NCBI GenBank assembly: GCA_023140385.1 | Contig: JAGLLT010000028.1 | Location: forward strand, 1 to 45,679 | Length of the DNA stretch: 45,679 nucleotides | DNA from: Candidatus Omnitrophota bacterium | GTDB taxonomy: Bacteria > Omnitrophota > Gorgyraeia > JAGLLT01 | Direction: 5' to 3' | Part shown: in pieces, positions 1-10,371 of the stretch | Numbering within the stretch: position 1 is the stretch's first letter | How the letters are laid out: each line of letters begins with the position of its first letter | The notes under the pieces: model-generated | The model's input: only the letters and a program-made list of their open reading frames with translations | Told to the model about the DNA's origin: nothing | Database searches by the model: none | Made by a program: the position numbers and the translations under genes

Positions 1-2
1 TA

Positions 3-380
3 ACTATCTCCGGTCTAATTGGTAATGCCGAGGTAAAATCGGCTAAAGAAGAAAAAATAGTTCCCGCTAAAGTTGGCATGCTGCTCTATGAAGGTGATAC
101 TATAATCACAAAAGCAAGTTCAACCGCCGTTTTGGAACTGGATGGAAAAGAAGGAACAGCAACCATAGAAGTCAGTGAAAACAGCCAGCTTTTAATGGCA
201 GAGCTTGCAGTAAGCGGTCAACAGAATAAGCAAACTTTGTTAGAGTTAGAGGTGGGCAAGATTTTGATTAAGGCTCAGAAGCTATATGACCCCAACTCAA
301 GATTTGAAGTCAAAACTCCTACATCTATTGTAGGTGTAAGAGGAACTATATTTAGCGTAGAGGTTGAACCTGTAGAGTAA
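3..380 (+). CDS. FecR domain-containing protein (5'-truncated by window edge)
   Basis: Frame is open from position 3 (TISGLIGNAEVK...) through the ORF-track start at 78; FecR-type motifs GDTIIT and FEVKTPTSIVGVRGTIFSV. Confidence 0.8.
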   Translation, partial: TISGLIGNAEVKSAKEEKIVPAKVGMLLYEGDTIITKASSTAVLELDGKEGTATIEVSENSQLLMAELAVSGQQNKQTLLELEVGKILIKAQKLYDPNSRFEVKTPTSIVGVRGTIFSVEVEPVE

Positions 381-410
381 ATTACTAGTGTTGAGACCTG
401 ACCCCTTGCT

Positions 411-3400
411 TTACAGTCGCGTGTCAAATTTAATGTCATCGATAAATATGGTTCCTTCCATATCATCCCACTCAAAAACCATTTTAAACATCGTAAGCCG
501 GCTGATATCTGTTCCCTGCTTTATGAAATCTATTAAGGGTATATTAACCTTTTGCCAGGAAGTCTTAACATTTACATATTTTTCCAGGTCTACGTAGGTA
601 TCCACATACCCTGTGCTTGTACCGTCATCTAAATATATGTTAGGTTTTTCATTGCCAACTTTGCCTTTAATCAAAAAAGATAGGTTGTTATAAATAGAAG
701 CGTTCAGGGGCTTATCAAATACCGCTATATAACCGCAGTATGACTCAGGAGTACCGTCTCTTTTTTTCTTTTTCACTCCATTATATGATATCCGGTAACA
801 GCAGCCGCTTTCCCCATCTTTATCGTCTCTATAATAACCTACCTGTATCTCAGCAATCCTATCACAAAAAAAGTAATTGTATCCACCTATAAAGTTCGGC
901 TCTTTGCCATCATCGAAATTATCTATGATAAGAGGCATTACCTGTTTAGTTAAATAGATATTGTCTATATATATTGTCCCTCTCTTCATACCCATCCAGT
1001 TTTCAAAGGAAAAAGAGAGCCTTTCCATCTTTGACCAATTTGATATTCCAGCAAAACTCGACAAAGGAATTACTACTTTTTGCCACCCATCAGCACGTTC
1101 GGCTGTTAGATAATCTCCCAATTTTACTTTTGGTTCGGCTCCTTTTGAATCTCTAAACCCTATTCGCGCAAGTTCATTGTTTTTTACTTCTCTCACCCAT
1201 AAGTTTAGAGAATTGTAGCCTCGTAAGTCTATCCCCTCTAAAGACGTCCAATAACTTGTATAATCCTCCGGCTCCGGCACTTCATAACGTAAAGCTAATG
1301 AATATCCTTTTTTCTCTTTATGGTAAACAGCCGCACATTCTCCGCCCGCGTCTGGATTTGTTAAGTAATAAAATCCCCCGCCGAGTTTATTTGGGATGTC
1401 TCCGGTATCAAAATCATCTACGAGAAGTATAGATTTATCTTTGGTATTGTTTATGGGCATTTTAGAGTGCGCTGTCTTTGACCAATTACCCGCTTTATCC
1501 TGACAGCAGATATGAAAATACCATGTCCCCGGCTCTAAGTTTTTATAGATTTTTGAGTTCTTACGGCTATTTATAATCTTATCCGGCTGTGTTTGCGGAC
1601 AGCGGTCTATAAGAAAAGAGTGCCCTTTTATCCACAGCGGCTTATTTTCTTCCCAAAAAAGAGATACCAAACTTTTATCCCCCGAATAAGAAATAAGAGG
1701 ATGTATCTTTGGCGGGGAAGGTTCTATTGTGTTTTTCGAGTAATCCATAACAAAACTAAAAACAGCCGGGCCTTTTAACAAATTGCCGCAAAAATCACTT
1801 GCTTCCACCAGCTCTATGTTAACCTTTTTCTTGTTCTTGAAAAGAATACCGGCGGCGGCAGGGGAAAAGGTCAATGTTTCCGCGGCCCTGTCGTAATTTA
1901 AAGCCGAATCGGCCGCGTCATATTCTACACCATTTATCTTCAATTTGATAGCATCAGAATCAATCCCGGAACCCTTATTATCCGTTAGGTAAAAGACTAT
2001 CTTATCTCCAAAGGAGCGGCTGTCATTAACGGGCGCGATTAAATCCACAACCGGGCTTTTTGTATCTATTATTATCCGGTAATGGTTTGGCATGCCCCAG
2101 TTGCCGGCTTTGTCTTTGGCGCGAACGTGGAAATACCACTTGCCATCAGGCCTATCTTGATAAGTAAAAGAGTTTTTCGCGCCTTCACTAAGTATATCAG
2201 GTATGGTGTCGGGATTATGATCAAAGCAAAAACTATATTCTAATTCCTTGCTTATATCATCCTCGGCGCTAAACGAAAATTCAACATCAGAATTAGCAAA
2301 ACTTAAACCGCTTATTCTAAAGTTATCTATAAAGTAACTTGAGCCCTTTTTGTTTCTTCCGTGCTCTAATTTCATATACCCCGCTTCATCCCAATTAGCC
2401 ATAATGAACTCTTCTACAATAGGCGCATCTATTTTCTCCCTCAGCATTTGATAAAGGTTAAACTGAGCCGTATGCCAATTGCCATCAGCAATGACATTGT
2501 CAATTTTACCAATTTTTTCAATATTAAGCCTGTCACGTTTTTTGGGATCGTCGGTAAATTCCACTTCATACCATATGCCTTTAACTTTTGCCAGAAAATT
2601 TATTTTTACGTTCGGCAAAATACTGTAATCAAAAATTACCAATGAGTATTTTTTGGCATCGAATGGAGTTGAAATAACCGTTGAAGAAAAGTTGCTTCTA
2701 TAGCTCCGGGCTGTCAGTTTCAAACAATAGCCATTTTTAGTATTACCAAATTCATCAATTGACAAAACCGCTCCTTTATTTCTATCGCGGCTTGACCATG
2801 AAGAAAAACCGTCTTCAAAAGTACTTTGCAATAAAGAAGGGTGTGTTTTTGACGTAATTGTTGGAGATAGCGGAGGTACAGTATCAAGAAACATAATTTT
2901 ATCCTGTTTGAGTGCATCTATCTCTGATAGCATATAAATAGTTTCACCGCTTTGCCCCACTCCAATTTTTTTCTCTCTCGCCAAGCTTTCCCGCGAAATT
3001 GTAACAATATTTCTATAAATACCGCTGTTATAATCTGTTTCTAATAATCGAACATCTATTCCTTTGGAATGGGAAATACCGCTTATAAGTTTTATGTCAA
3101 CAGCATCAATTGTATTCGGGCTCGCGTCTTCTCCCTTTAGCTCCAGATAGAGTTTATCCCCCATACAAACGCGCGAACCGGCCTGTGGTTTTAAAAAGCC
3201 CTTTTTCATAAAACGCAGGTATTTTATTTTTATGGGAGAACGCGTTACTACCTCACACATAATAGAATCAGAGGGCGGGCCTATCTGCCCAAATTGATCA
3301 ACCGCCCGGGCAAAAATAATATTTTCTCCGTTATTTAAAAGAACCCTGCCGCACTCAAAAATACCCGTGGCCTTATCCGCTTTTACTTTATCCTGACATA

Positions 3401-4388
3401 TTCCGTTTACAAATATTTCAACTTTCGTGTCCGGTTCAGCTTCACCTTTTATTGTTACCAGTTTCAACGGCGTAGGCGAATAAGACTTATAGATAAGCGG
3501 CGCTGAGGGAGGCCTATCTTTAGCCAATATACAATAATAACCAATGCCCGGACTAATACCTGAAATTGAAGTTTTTAAAGCGCCTTTTTCAATATTATTA
3601 ACAGTGGGTAGATAATCCCACCTGCCGGAATTTGGATTATACGTGTATATAGCTATTTTCTTTTCTTCTGAAGAATTTATCCCGCTTTCCAAATAGCTCA
3701 TTTCCAGAGCGGCATCTTTAATAAACCGCTCACCTTGCGGCCTAATTATATATATTTTGCCTATTAGTCTATAGCCTGCTGGAATAGAAATATTTTCATC
3801 AACAATTGCCTTTATTCCAAATACTTTAAAGGAGCTGCTAATCCCCTGCTCGGGAACCCTTAGAACAACCCTCCCGTCTTTGCTCTCAATCTTCCCGCCA
3901 TAAATAATAGGTATAACCCTCCCCACCTCCACCGTAACTCTATCCTCTTTTATTTCTCCGTTCTTGCCGAAAACAACAAGCCTTACTGTATATATGCCGT
4001 TTAAATCTGCAAGGGGTTCGCCATAAATGTAATTAGAAAAGCCTGTGCTCCAGGTAGCTAAATTACCATGGATAGTATGGTCGCCGGCGGCAATTTCATT
4101 TACTTTGATACATTGGACTTGAGGAGTTTCGGAGGTAATAATTTCAATCCAGCTCCGCGGGTCAGGACCTTCTCCATACTCTACTTTGTATTCCTTGAAA
4201 TTCTCGCCATAGGCAAGCCCAAATATCGGAACATGCGCTCTCACCAGGGCGTTTTCGGCTGGAATGCTTATTTTCGCGATAAGCCCTGAAGGGTTAGCAT
4301 CCGCTTCAGAGAGGCTTTGAGAAAAAAGCGAACAAGATATGGCAAGATAAAAGGCGGTAAAAAAGGTAACGACTATTTTAGAATTCAT
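411..4388 (-). CDS. Large secreted multidomain protein with Ig-like domains and two C-terminal CIA30/CBM11-like galactose-binding-fold domains
   Basis: 1325 aa; N-terminal signal peptide; two WYFH(V/I)xxxDKAGNW Ig/FN3-like strands; two repeats of (L/I)(V/I)D(D/N)FDxG..PN..GG ... GTI(Y/F)ID(N/D)I at the C-terminus. Confidence 0.7.
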   Translation of the reverse strand: MNSKIVVTFFTAFYLAISCSLFSQSLSEADANPSGLIAKISIPAENALVRAHVPIFGLAYGENFKEYKVEYGEGPDPRSWIEIITSETPQVQCIKVNEIAAGDHTIHGNLATWSTGFSNYIYGEPLADLNGIYTVRLVVFGKNGEIKEDRVTVEVGRVIPIIYGGKIESKDGRVVLRVPEQGISSSFKVFGIKAIVDENISIPAGYRLIGKIYIIRPQGERFIKDAALEMSYLESGINSSEEKKIAIYTYNPNSGRWDYLPTVNNIEKGALKTSISGISPGIGYYCILAKDRPPSAPLIYKSYSPTPLKLVTIKGEAEPDTKVEIFVNGICQDKVKADKATGIFECGRVLLNNGENIIFARAVDQFGQIGPPSDSIMCEVVTRSPIKIKYLRFMKKGFLKPQAGSRVCMGDKLYLELKGEDASPNTIDAVDIKLISGISHSKGIDVRLLETDYNSGIYRNIVTISRESLAREKKIGVGQSGETIYMLSEIDALKQDKIMFLDTVPPLSPTITSKTHPSLLQSTFEDGFSSWSSRDRNKGAVLSIDEFGNTKNGYCLKLTARSYRSNFSSTVISTPFDAKKYSLVIFDYSILPNVKINFLAKVKGIWYEVEFTDDPKKRDRLNIEKIGKIDNVIADGNWHTAQFNLYQMLREKIDAPIVEEFIMANWDEAGYMKLEHGRNKKGSSYFIDNFRISGLSFANSDVEFSFSAEDDISKELEYSFCFDHNPDTIPDILSEGAKNSFTYQDRPDGKWYFHVRAKDKAGNWGMPNHYRIIIDTKSPVVDLIAPVNDSRSFGDKIVFYLTDNKGSGIDSDAIKLKINGVEYDAADSALNYDRAAETLTFSPAAAGILFKNKKKVNIELVEASDFCGNLLKGPAVFSFVMDYSKNTIEPSPPKIHPLISYSGDKSLVSLFWEENKPLWIKGHSFLIDRCPQTQPDKIINSRKNSKIYKNLEPGTWYFHICCQDKAGNWSKTAHSKMPINNTKDKSILLVDDFDTGDIPNKLGGGFYYLTNPDAGGECAAVYHKEKKGYSLALRYEVPEPEDYTSYWTSLEGIDLRGYNSLNLWVREVKNNELARIGFRDSKGAEPKVKLGDYLTAERADGWQKVVIPLSSFAGISNWSKMERLSFSFENWMGMKRGTIYIDNIYLTKQVMPLIIDNFDDGKEPNFIGGYNYFFCDRIAEIQVGYYRDDKDGESGCCYRISYNGVKKKKRDGTPESYCGYIAVFDKPLNASIYNNLSFLIKGKVGNEKPNIYLDDGTSTGYVDTYVDLEKYVNVKTSWQKVNIPLIDFIKQGTDISRLTMFKMVFEWDDMEGTIFIDDIKFDTRL

Positions 4389-6837
4389 CGGCGATAACAG
4401 CCAGGATACTCGGTTTTTGTTTCTCGCGGAGAGGCCTATTCTCTAATTTGGCAATGGTTCTTTCTGAGCCGTTTATCTCTTTTAGGCGTGAGGCTAACTC
4501 ATAGTTGGCGCTCTCGAAGGCCTTTCTTTGGGCCAGGCGCTTTTTATTCAGCTTTAATTTTAAGTTATCCCGCGCCTTTTTTGAGAAGAAGTCGTATTTT
4601 ACTTCTCTTGAATGCTGAATGAAAGTGGGGTCTGCGCAAATCAGATCCCATTTCTGCGTATCCCAGTTTGTCGCGGGGAGAAGCTGTTTAAGTACCGGAG
4701 GGTCATTGTGAGGATAGATATAAGGGTCATCACTTAGAGGTTGGACGAATATCTGGAGTGCGTACCAATACCACCTCTCGCTAATATCACAATACCCAGC
4801 AACATTATTTCCATTGTCATCTTTTCCGTTCCAAACAGTATTAAGGATATCGTTATCAACAAATTCTTTTGAATAACCGTCTTCACTTTCATCTAAGGTA
4901 ACTGTCTCATTATCAATTAGTGTTCTTAAGGGATTTTTATACGGGATAAAATCAATAGGCGGCTTCGGCCAATAAAGGTTGCTGCCTCCAAAAACCCGGA
5001 TACTTACCTTCATATCCTGAAATAACTTATCTTCTATGGTAAAGGTTTCCAGCGTGCCGTCATTTTTACGCCAGTCTGGTGCTTCTTCATGCTTATCTTC
5101 ATCATATATAGGAACATCTATAGACCAGTCTAAGTAAGGGTCATGTCTTATCTCATCCCCTGAGCCGTTTGCGAAGAAGAGGTCTTTAATTACCGGCCTT
5201 GAGAAATGGACTGTTACTTCATCGGTAAAACTGCCATCACCGGCAAACTCTTCGGCTGGATTTTTAATTTTTAGTTTTAGTTCATAGGTGTAGCCGGCCG
5301 CCATAGTCGCCTTCACGTAAAACTCGCCGGGAAGAAGCTCAAGGCATTTAGGATTGCCTTCAATATCGGTAACTGGAGCGTTCGGGTCAGGACGTTCTTT
5401 GAGGAACTCTTTTTTAAATTTAAAATAGGGCTTATAAGTTTTATCGTCAGGATTATAAAACTCCTTACAATCTACAGGTGCACCACTTAAGGTCATCTCT
5501 GCTATCTCTATGTCTGCCAGAAGATAATCTTTCACCTTAACAACAATATAATACTTCATATCCTCTTTTCTTTCGGATTCATCTACGGCAATGGCGTAAA
5601 TACGTTCGATTATGGGCTTATCTTCTATGGCTTTGAGGATGGTTTTATAATCAGAAGTTTCCTTGGAGTGCCATTTGGTGGTAGTATATATTTCTCCCTC
5701 TAAGGCAGTCTGGCTGACTAAAGGCACTACACCATCTCCACTTGCCAGATCATCTAAAGAATTATCTGTTGGGAAACCAGAAAAATTATTGCCGCAGAGC
5801 GTCATAATAAATTTACTTAAGTTGCCTATTGGTCCACTCATCCCACCTGTTCCTTTAATAGTATTAAAGTTTGCCGGTGTAGACAAATTATCAGAAGAAA
5901 GAAATGTCTGGTTTTCAGTATAGTTTGATTGCGCAATTTCCGGACCGATTATCGTCATTCCTAAAAGTGGGTCTATCCCCATGAAGCTTCTTGTATTAAA
6001 AATATTTGCCGGAACAACCAGCTGAGTAACAGCTACTTTTTGGTTTTCTTCATGATTATGGGGTAGATATTCTTTATAATTTCCAATTACAGCTTTCACG
6101 TTTAGCAATCTAAATCCTCCAACTCCTCCGCCTTCAAACTCTACAAATTGCTTATGCAGAAACAATATCGCTCCAACTTTATCATGAAAATCTCTGGCGG
6201 CCCTGCTTTTTGAGGAAAAAGACGAGAAAAGAATATCCATAGCAGACATACGGTATCGCTTTTCTAATATTTCTAATTCAGGGATTAATCTTTTGATAAG
6301 CACAATACTGCTGGCTGTAGGACTGCCTAAATGGGGTGTGCCTAAAAAGACAACCTTTTCAATTTTGCCTTCATTTTCATAGAAAGGAAACTGTTTTAAG
6401 AAAGAACGTACAACTAATCCGCCCATACTATGAGCAACAATAATCACCTTCCTTTGATCATCCGGCTGTTTAGATAAGGCCTCCTCAATTGTATTTAATA
6501 ATTGATCCTTAGCAACATAAGGTATAAGATCTTCGCTACTTAGTTTGGCATAATTACTTATGCTTGTATAGTCACAAAGTAAAACATGATCTTCTAAGCT
6601 CTCTCCAAAATATGTATCTTCAAGTTCTTGATTTGTAAAATAAGCCCTAAGACAAGCAACCGGCCATGACCAAATATCCAAAGGATCTTTGCCTTCTGTA
6701 TTAAAACCATGAACAAAGACTATAGGATAAGGATAATACTTTTCTTCCGCGCAAAGATTTGAATATACGCTTGTAAAAATTAGAGAAAATATCAAGATTG
6801 CAATTGTTTTCTTATTTACCAACCTGAATCTATTCAT
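4378..6837 (-). CDS. Secreted alpha/beta-hydrolase (PGAP1/DUF676-like lipase/esterase) with C-terminal extension
   Basis: Signal peptide; PIVFVHG, nucleophile elbow AHSMGG, GTPHLGS, GDGVV and a downstream His (KWHS); FlgD-Ig-like WNGKDDNG motif near the C-terminus. Confidence 0.8.
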   Translation of the reverse strand: MNRFRLVNKKTIAILIFSLIFTSVYSNLCAEEKYYPYPIVFVHGFNTEGKDPLDIWSWPVACLRAYFTNQELEDTYFGESLEDHVLLCDYTSISNYAKLSSEDLIPYVAKDQLLNTIEEALSKQPDDQRKVIIVAHSMGGLVVRSFLKQFPFYENEGKIEKVVFLGTPHLGSPTASSIVLIKRLIPELEILEKRYRMSAMDILFSSFSSKSRAARDFHDKVGAILFLHKQFVEFEGGGVGGFRLLNVKAVIGNYKEYLPHNHEENQKVAVTQLVVPANIFNTRSFMGIDPLLGMTIIGPEIAQSNYTENQTFLSSDNLSTPANFNTIKGTGGMSGPIGNLSKFIMTLCGNNFSGFPTDNSLDDLASGDGVVPLVSQTALEGEIYTTTKWHSKETSDYKTILKAIEDKPIIERIYAIAVDESERKEDMKYYIVVKVKDYLLADIEIAEMTLSGAPVDCKEFYNPDDKTYKPYFKFKKEFLKERPDPNAPVTDIEGNPKCLELLPGEFYVKATMAAGYTYELKLKIKNPAEEFAGDGSFTDEVTVHFSRPVIKDLFFANGSGDEIRHDPYLDWSIDVPIYDEDKHEEAPDWRKNDGTLETFTIEDKLFQDMKVSIRVFGGSNLYWPKPPIDFIPYKNPLRTLIDNETVTLDESEDGYSKEFVDNDILNTVWNGKDDNGNNVAGYCDISERWYWYALQIFVQPLSDDPYIYPHNDPPVLKQLLPATNWDTQKWDLICADPTFIQHSREVKYDFFSKKARDNLKLKLNKKRLAQRKAFESANYELASRLKEINGSERTIAKLENRPLREKQKPSILAVIADEF

Positions 6838-6856
6838 TTTAAGCTATTCCTATTGC

Positions 6857-7852
6857 CTATTCCAGTTCAACTATTTTTAATTTTCCAGCTTTATCTACTC
6901 CGGCTATTCTTTTGCCGTCCGGAGAAAAAGAAAGAAATTCCAAATCATACGGGAAACCTTTTATCTTTTGCCACTTACTATCTATCTCTGCAAAAACACC
7001 TTCCCCGCTAAGAGCAAAATATTTGCTGTCCGGCGAGAAAGTACAGGCAAAGGGAGAAGGTAATTTATCTAATTTATATTTGGCAAAATAGACTTGTTTA
7101 AGTTCTTTAGTTTTGATGTCTGTTAAAAATAATGTGTAACTATGTACTTGAATATTTTCTGGATCGTTTAAATCAACTCTGGCGTTGATAAATATGTCGT
7201 TATTTGTTATGTATTTAGCTCGAACATCTCCCATTCCCAAAGGCTCAAGTAATAGATCTTTTTTTCTTAACTTAATATTTTTTATGTAAAAATAATAATG
7301 TTCGCTTAATAGATTCTCCCCATTCGGAGAAATATCGATTATATTCCAGCCTATTGTGCCAAAAAATCTATCATCAAACTTATATCTTTTCAGAGTTCTT
7401 CCTTTTATGTTAAAAAGATAAGCAAAATAATCACTGCTTTTTTCCGCAAAGAAAAATATATTCCCATCTTCAAGTAATCTTAAGCCCAAGGATTTGGCTA
7501 ATCGCCTGATTTTAATATCTATCGCCTTAAAACTTACTCTTTTTGAAAATTTTTTGATTAATTTTTTTTTGTCTAAATTATTAACATTTACTTTATAAAT
7601 AAAGAAATCCGCGTTGCTGGATTTTATTATGAAGGGATCGCCAGGTAAATACATGCCCCAGCCGGCGGGGCTTTGATCAGAATAACTTACTAATTTTAGA
7701 TAAACTAACTCTTGATTATTAATCCACTGGGGGTAGAGGTCTGTTTTTATAACATCCTGATAGCCGACAAGCCTTAAAAGCCAGACAGGAGTAAAGAACA
7801 TAAAATATCCAACTAAAATAAGTATCCAGATAATTCGTTTCTTTCTTTTCAT
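6857..7852 (-). CDS. Membrane-anchored TolB/WD40-like beta-propeller protein
   Basis: N-terminal basic plus hydrophobic segment; ISPNG, FSPDS and FSPDGK blade motifs. Confidence 0.6.
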   Translation of the reverse strand: MKRKKRIIWILILVGYFMFFTPVWLLRLVGYQDVIKTDLYPQWINNQELVYLKLVSYSDQSPAGWGMYLPGDPFIIKSSNADFFIYKVNVNNLDKKKLIKKFSKRVSFKAIDIKIRRLAKSLGLRLLEDGNIFFFAEKSSDYFAYLFNIKGRTLKRYKFDDRFFGTIGWNIIDISPNGENLLSEHYYFYIKNIKLRKKDLLLEPLGMGDVRAKYITNNDIFINARVDLNDPENIQVHSYTLFLTDIKTKELKQVYFAKYKLDKLPSPFACTFSPDSKYFALSGEGVFAEIDSKWQKIKGFPYDLEFLSFSPDGKRIAGVDKAGKLKIVELE

Positions 7853-7866
7853 TTCTCTTTCTCTTA

Positions 7867-10353
7867 TTAAAACTCCGAATCAGGAATACCTGTGTTTACC
7901 TGCCGGTTATAAATAGAATACGCAGTGGTATATTGTAAGCTTGAACCTTCATACATCTTTTCAGTCTTAGTATTATATAGCCAGGCATTATCTGCTTCCG
8001 GAATTTGAACTAAATCTGACATCTCAGTTATAACCAGTATACCTAAATTACCTGTTTTGGAATAAGATTCCTCTTTAAAAATTATGCCTCTAGAATAATC
8101 AATATAAGTTAAAATATAAGGCCTTTCTTCTATCTGATCTGCGCGCTTATACTTAATTACATAAATTTGGGTTGTTGGGTCATAGGAAATAATCTGTTTA
8201 TCTATTTGAACCGTCTCCCCGGTACCAAGGTCAGGCCTGATATAAATTCCTGGCTCCGGTGATAACTCTTCTACCTTCTGCTTATTACCCTTTTGCCATA
8301 TCTTAAGCTGTGTCTCGGGGGATAAAAAGTTAGCATCACTAATTACCGTAATATCAGCTTTGGCATCCTGTATCTTTTCATCGTTGGCGTTTACTTTTGC
8401 AATAATATTGTCAATAGTTACTACCAGTAGCGCTGAAGTCGTTATATTAAAATTTACACTCACAGAAGGCTCTATAGCAGATGAGGCTGTAACCTGAGTT
8501 AAGGTTTCGGGGGTTGGGGGGCAGGTTAAGTTAACCTGGGCTTCTCCATAGTAGGTGGTAGCGGCAGTTGGTGAAGAAAGAGTGCCTGTACCCTGTGTTA
8601 TCTGGAAGTTTATGGTTTCTTCTGCGATTGGATTATTATGTTGGTCTGTCAGTTTAACTATAAGGGGTATAGCGGCTCCGGGGACTGGTGTTATTGACTC
8701 ATCGGTTATCTTGATTAAGCTGGCGGGTGGGCCTTGGGTTGTGTCTACGAAAAAGGTGGTTTTGACCTCCGGGCAGTTTGATATTTTGGCTTCTACTTTG
8801 TTGGTTATAGCGGCGTCTGTGTCTGTGGTCAGAGTGATTGTAAGCTCTCCTTCCGCGTCACTCAGGCTGTATTGGGATGAGAGGCTGCCGGTACCTTCAG
8901 TAACAGTAAACTCTACTGTTTCACTGACGGCCGGCTGGTTGTTAGAATAGACCTTTAGCTTTAACTCCCAGTCGGAGCCTGCCGGAGACAGGTTTTCTTC
9001 GCCTTCCTGTATGTCTCCTGATATCTTGGTTAACTCGTAGTGCTGTACTTCCGGAGTATATAGTATGATAGTGTCCTGATGTTTAACATCTAATTCATCA
9101 CGGCCGGTAGCGGTAACTACCGATTTAACAGGTTGTAATCTGACACCATCAGCAACAAAGCTGTTTTCTTCAATAAAGGCCGTTGATAGTGAAAAACTGT
9201 CCACTGAAAGATAAGTAATGTCAGGAGTAACAGTACCTGTAACGGTTATGGGTGAGGTGTCAATGGTGCTGTTATGAAGAGGAGTAGCGATAACTACCTT
9301 ATCGTTGTTCGGAGTGTAAGTAAAGGTGTGTGTAATCTGAGCTGTATTGCCCAGCTCATCCCGGGCTTCAATGGTAATGGTGTTTTCGCCTTCTGCTAAA
9401 ACCGGTTCGGCGATAAAGTAAGTGTCTATTAGCTCAGCCGGAGTTGAGTTGACGCTGACAAGGGATGTATCTTCTGAGACACGGCCATAGATGACACTGC
9501 TTCTGGTCACGGCATTTTCATCCGGGGTCAGGACGGTTATGGCCGGAGGAGCTGTATCCAGATAGACGTTTATCCTATCAGAGGCAGCCTCCGCGCCTGA
9601 TTGAGCCCTGGCAATAATAGGGGTGATGCTGGCCGTTATCACAACAGAGGCGCTGAATGTGTTGTCTGTTACAACCACGGAGATATTATTAACGGTTACC
9701 GCGGCGCTGTTATCTGAGACTGTTCCTTCTACTGTTACAGGTGAGGCGCTAAATGAGGCGTTGTCTGGAGGAGAGGTTATGGTAATTGAGAGAGCCTCCG
9801 GGTCAATGGCTGTAATGCCATCACTATAACCTATATCACTCCAAAGGCCGACGTTATTTTTAGCTTTGACATTAAAGTAGTAAGTCTGGTTATGAATAAG
9901 GGTGAGGCCTATATGGGTTACTTCTGTATTGGCGCCGGTTGAAATCCAGTTGACTATGTCTGTGCCTCCCTGAGTAGTACCGATGGAGTACTGATACTCA
10001 GAGATGCCTGTCTCCGGGTCTTCGGATGACCAGGAAGCATAGAGTTGGGTTAGAGAAGCAGTCTGATCGCCCTCGTCAATGACTATGGGGGTAAGAGGAG
10101 GCGTGCTATCGTCATACCTTCTATTAAGCGGGTAGGCTTCTAAGGTATAGTTGGGGCTTTCGGCTTTACCTGAAGTGAGGCTGCCTACTTCGACGTTAGT
10201 GAGGGAGTAGTTAGTAGAAGCGGCCTTACCGCCGGACAGGACTATTCTTGGATTAGTAAGGGTGTAGTTGGTACTGGTGTGGGTTTGGGCAAAGGCTGAG
10301 GAAGTGGATATGAGTAAGCTAACGGCTATAATAAAGGTTCTTCTTAGGCGCAT
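7867..10353 (-). CDS. Secreted FN3/Ig-like repeat (Big_1-type) protein with possible C-terminal LolA-like domain
   Basis: Signal peptide ending SAFA; FN3-like WSSEDPETGISEYQYSIGT...YYFNVKAKN; several Thr-rich Ig repeats; paired invasin-like Big_1 segments (F.VTEGTGSL / FQITQGTGTL). Confidence 0.7.
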   Translation of the reverse strand: MRLRRTFIIAVSLLISTSSAFAQTHTSTNYTLTNPRIVLSGGKAASTNYSLTNVEVGSLTSGKAESPNYTLEAYPLNRRYDDSTPPLTPIVIDEGDQTASLTQLYASWSSEDPETGISEYQYSIGTTQGGTDIVNWISTGANTEVTHIGLTLIHNQTYYFNVKAKNNVGLWSDIGYSDGITAIDPEALSITITSPPDNASFSASPVTVEGTVSDNSAAVTVNNISVVVTDNTFSASVVITASITPIIARAQSGAEAASDRINVYLDTAPPAITVLTPDENAVTRSSVIYGRVSEDTSLVSVNSTPAELIDTYFIAEPVLAEGENTITIEARDELGNTAQITHTFTYTPNNDKVVIATPLHNSTIDTSPITVTGTVTPDITYLSVDSFSLSTAFIEENSFVADGVRLQPVKSVVTATGRDELDVKHQDTIILYTPEVQHYELTKISGDIQEGEENLSPAGSDWELKLKVYSNNQPAVSETVEFTVTEGTGSLSSQYSLSDAEGELTITLTTDTDAAITNKVEAKISNCPEVKTTFFVDTTQGPPASLIKITDESITPVPGAAIPLIVKLTDQHNNPIAEETINFQITQGTGTLSSPTAATTYYGEAQVNLTCPPTPETLTQVTASSAIEPSVSVNFNITTSALLVVTIDNIIAKVNANDEKIQDAKADITVISDANFLSPETQLKIWQKGNKQKVEELSPEPGIYIRPDLGTGETVQIDKQIISYDPTTQIYVIKYKRADQIEERPYILTYIDYSRGIIFKEESYSKTGNLGILVITEMSDLVQIPEADNAWLYNTKTEKMYEGSSLQYTTAYSIYNRQVNTGIPDSEF

Positions 10354-10371
10354 CGGCAGTCTTCTTTCAGC

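Noticed and set aside
393..405. GAGACCTGACCCC between convergent genes, resembling half of a GGGGTCAGGTCT-type REP; AGACCTGAC recurs at 41330-41338
   Set aside because: Only half-sites with no inverted partner; too short to support.
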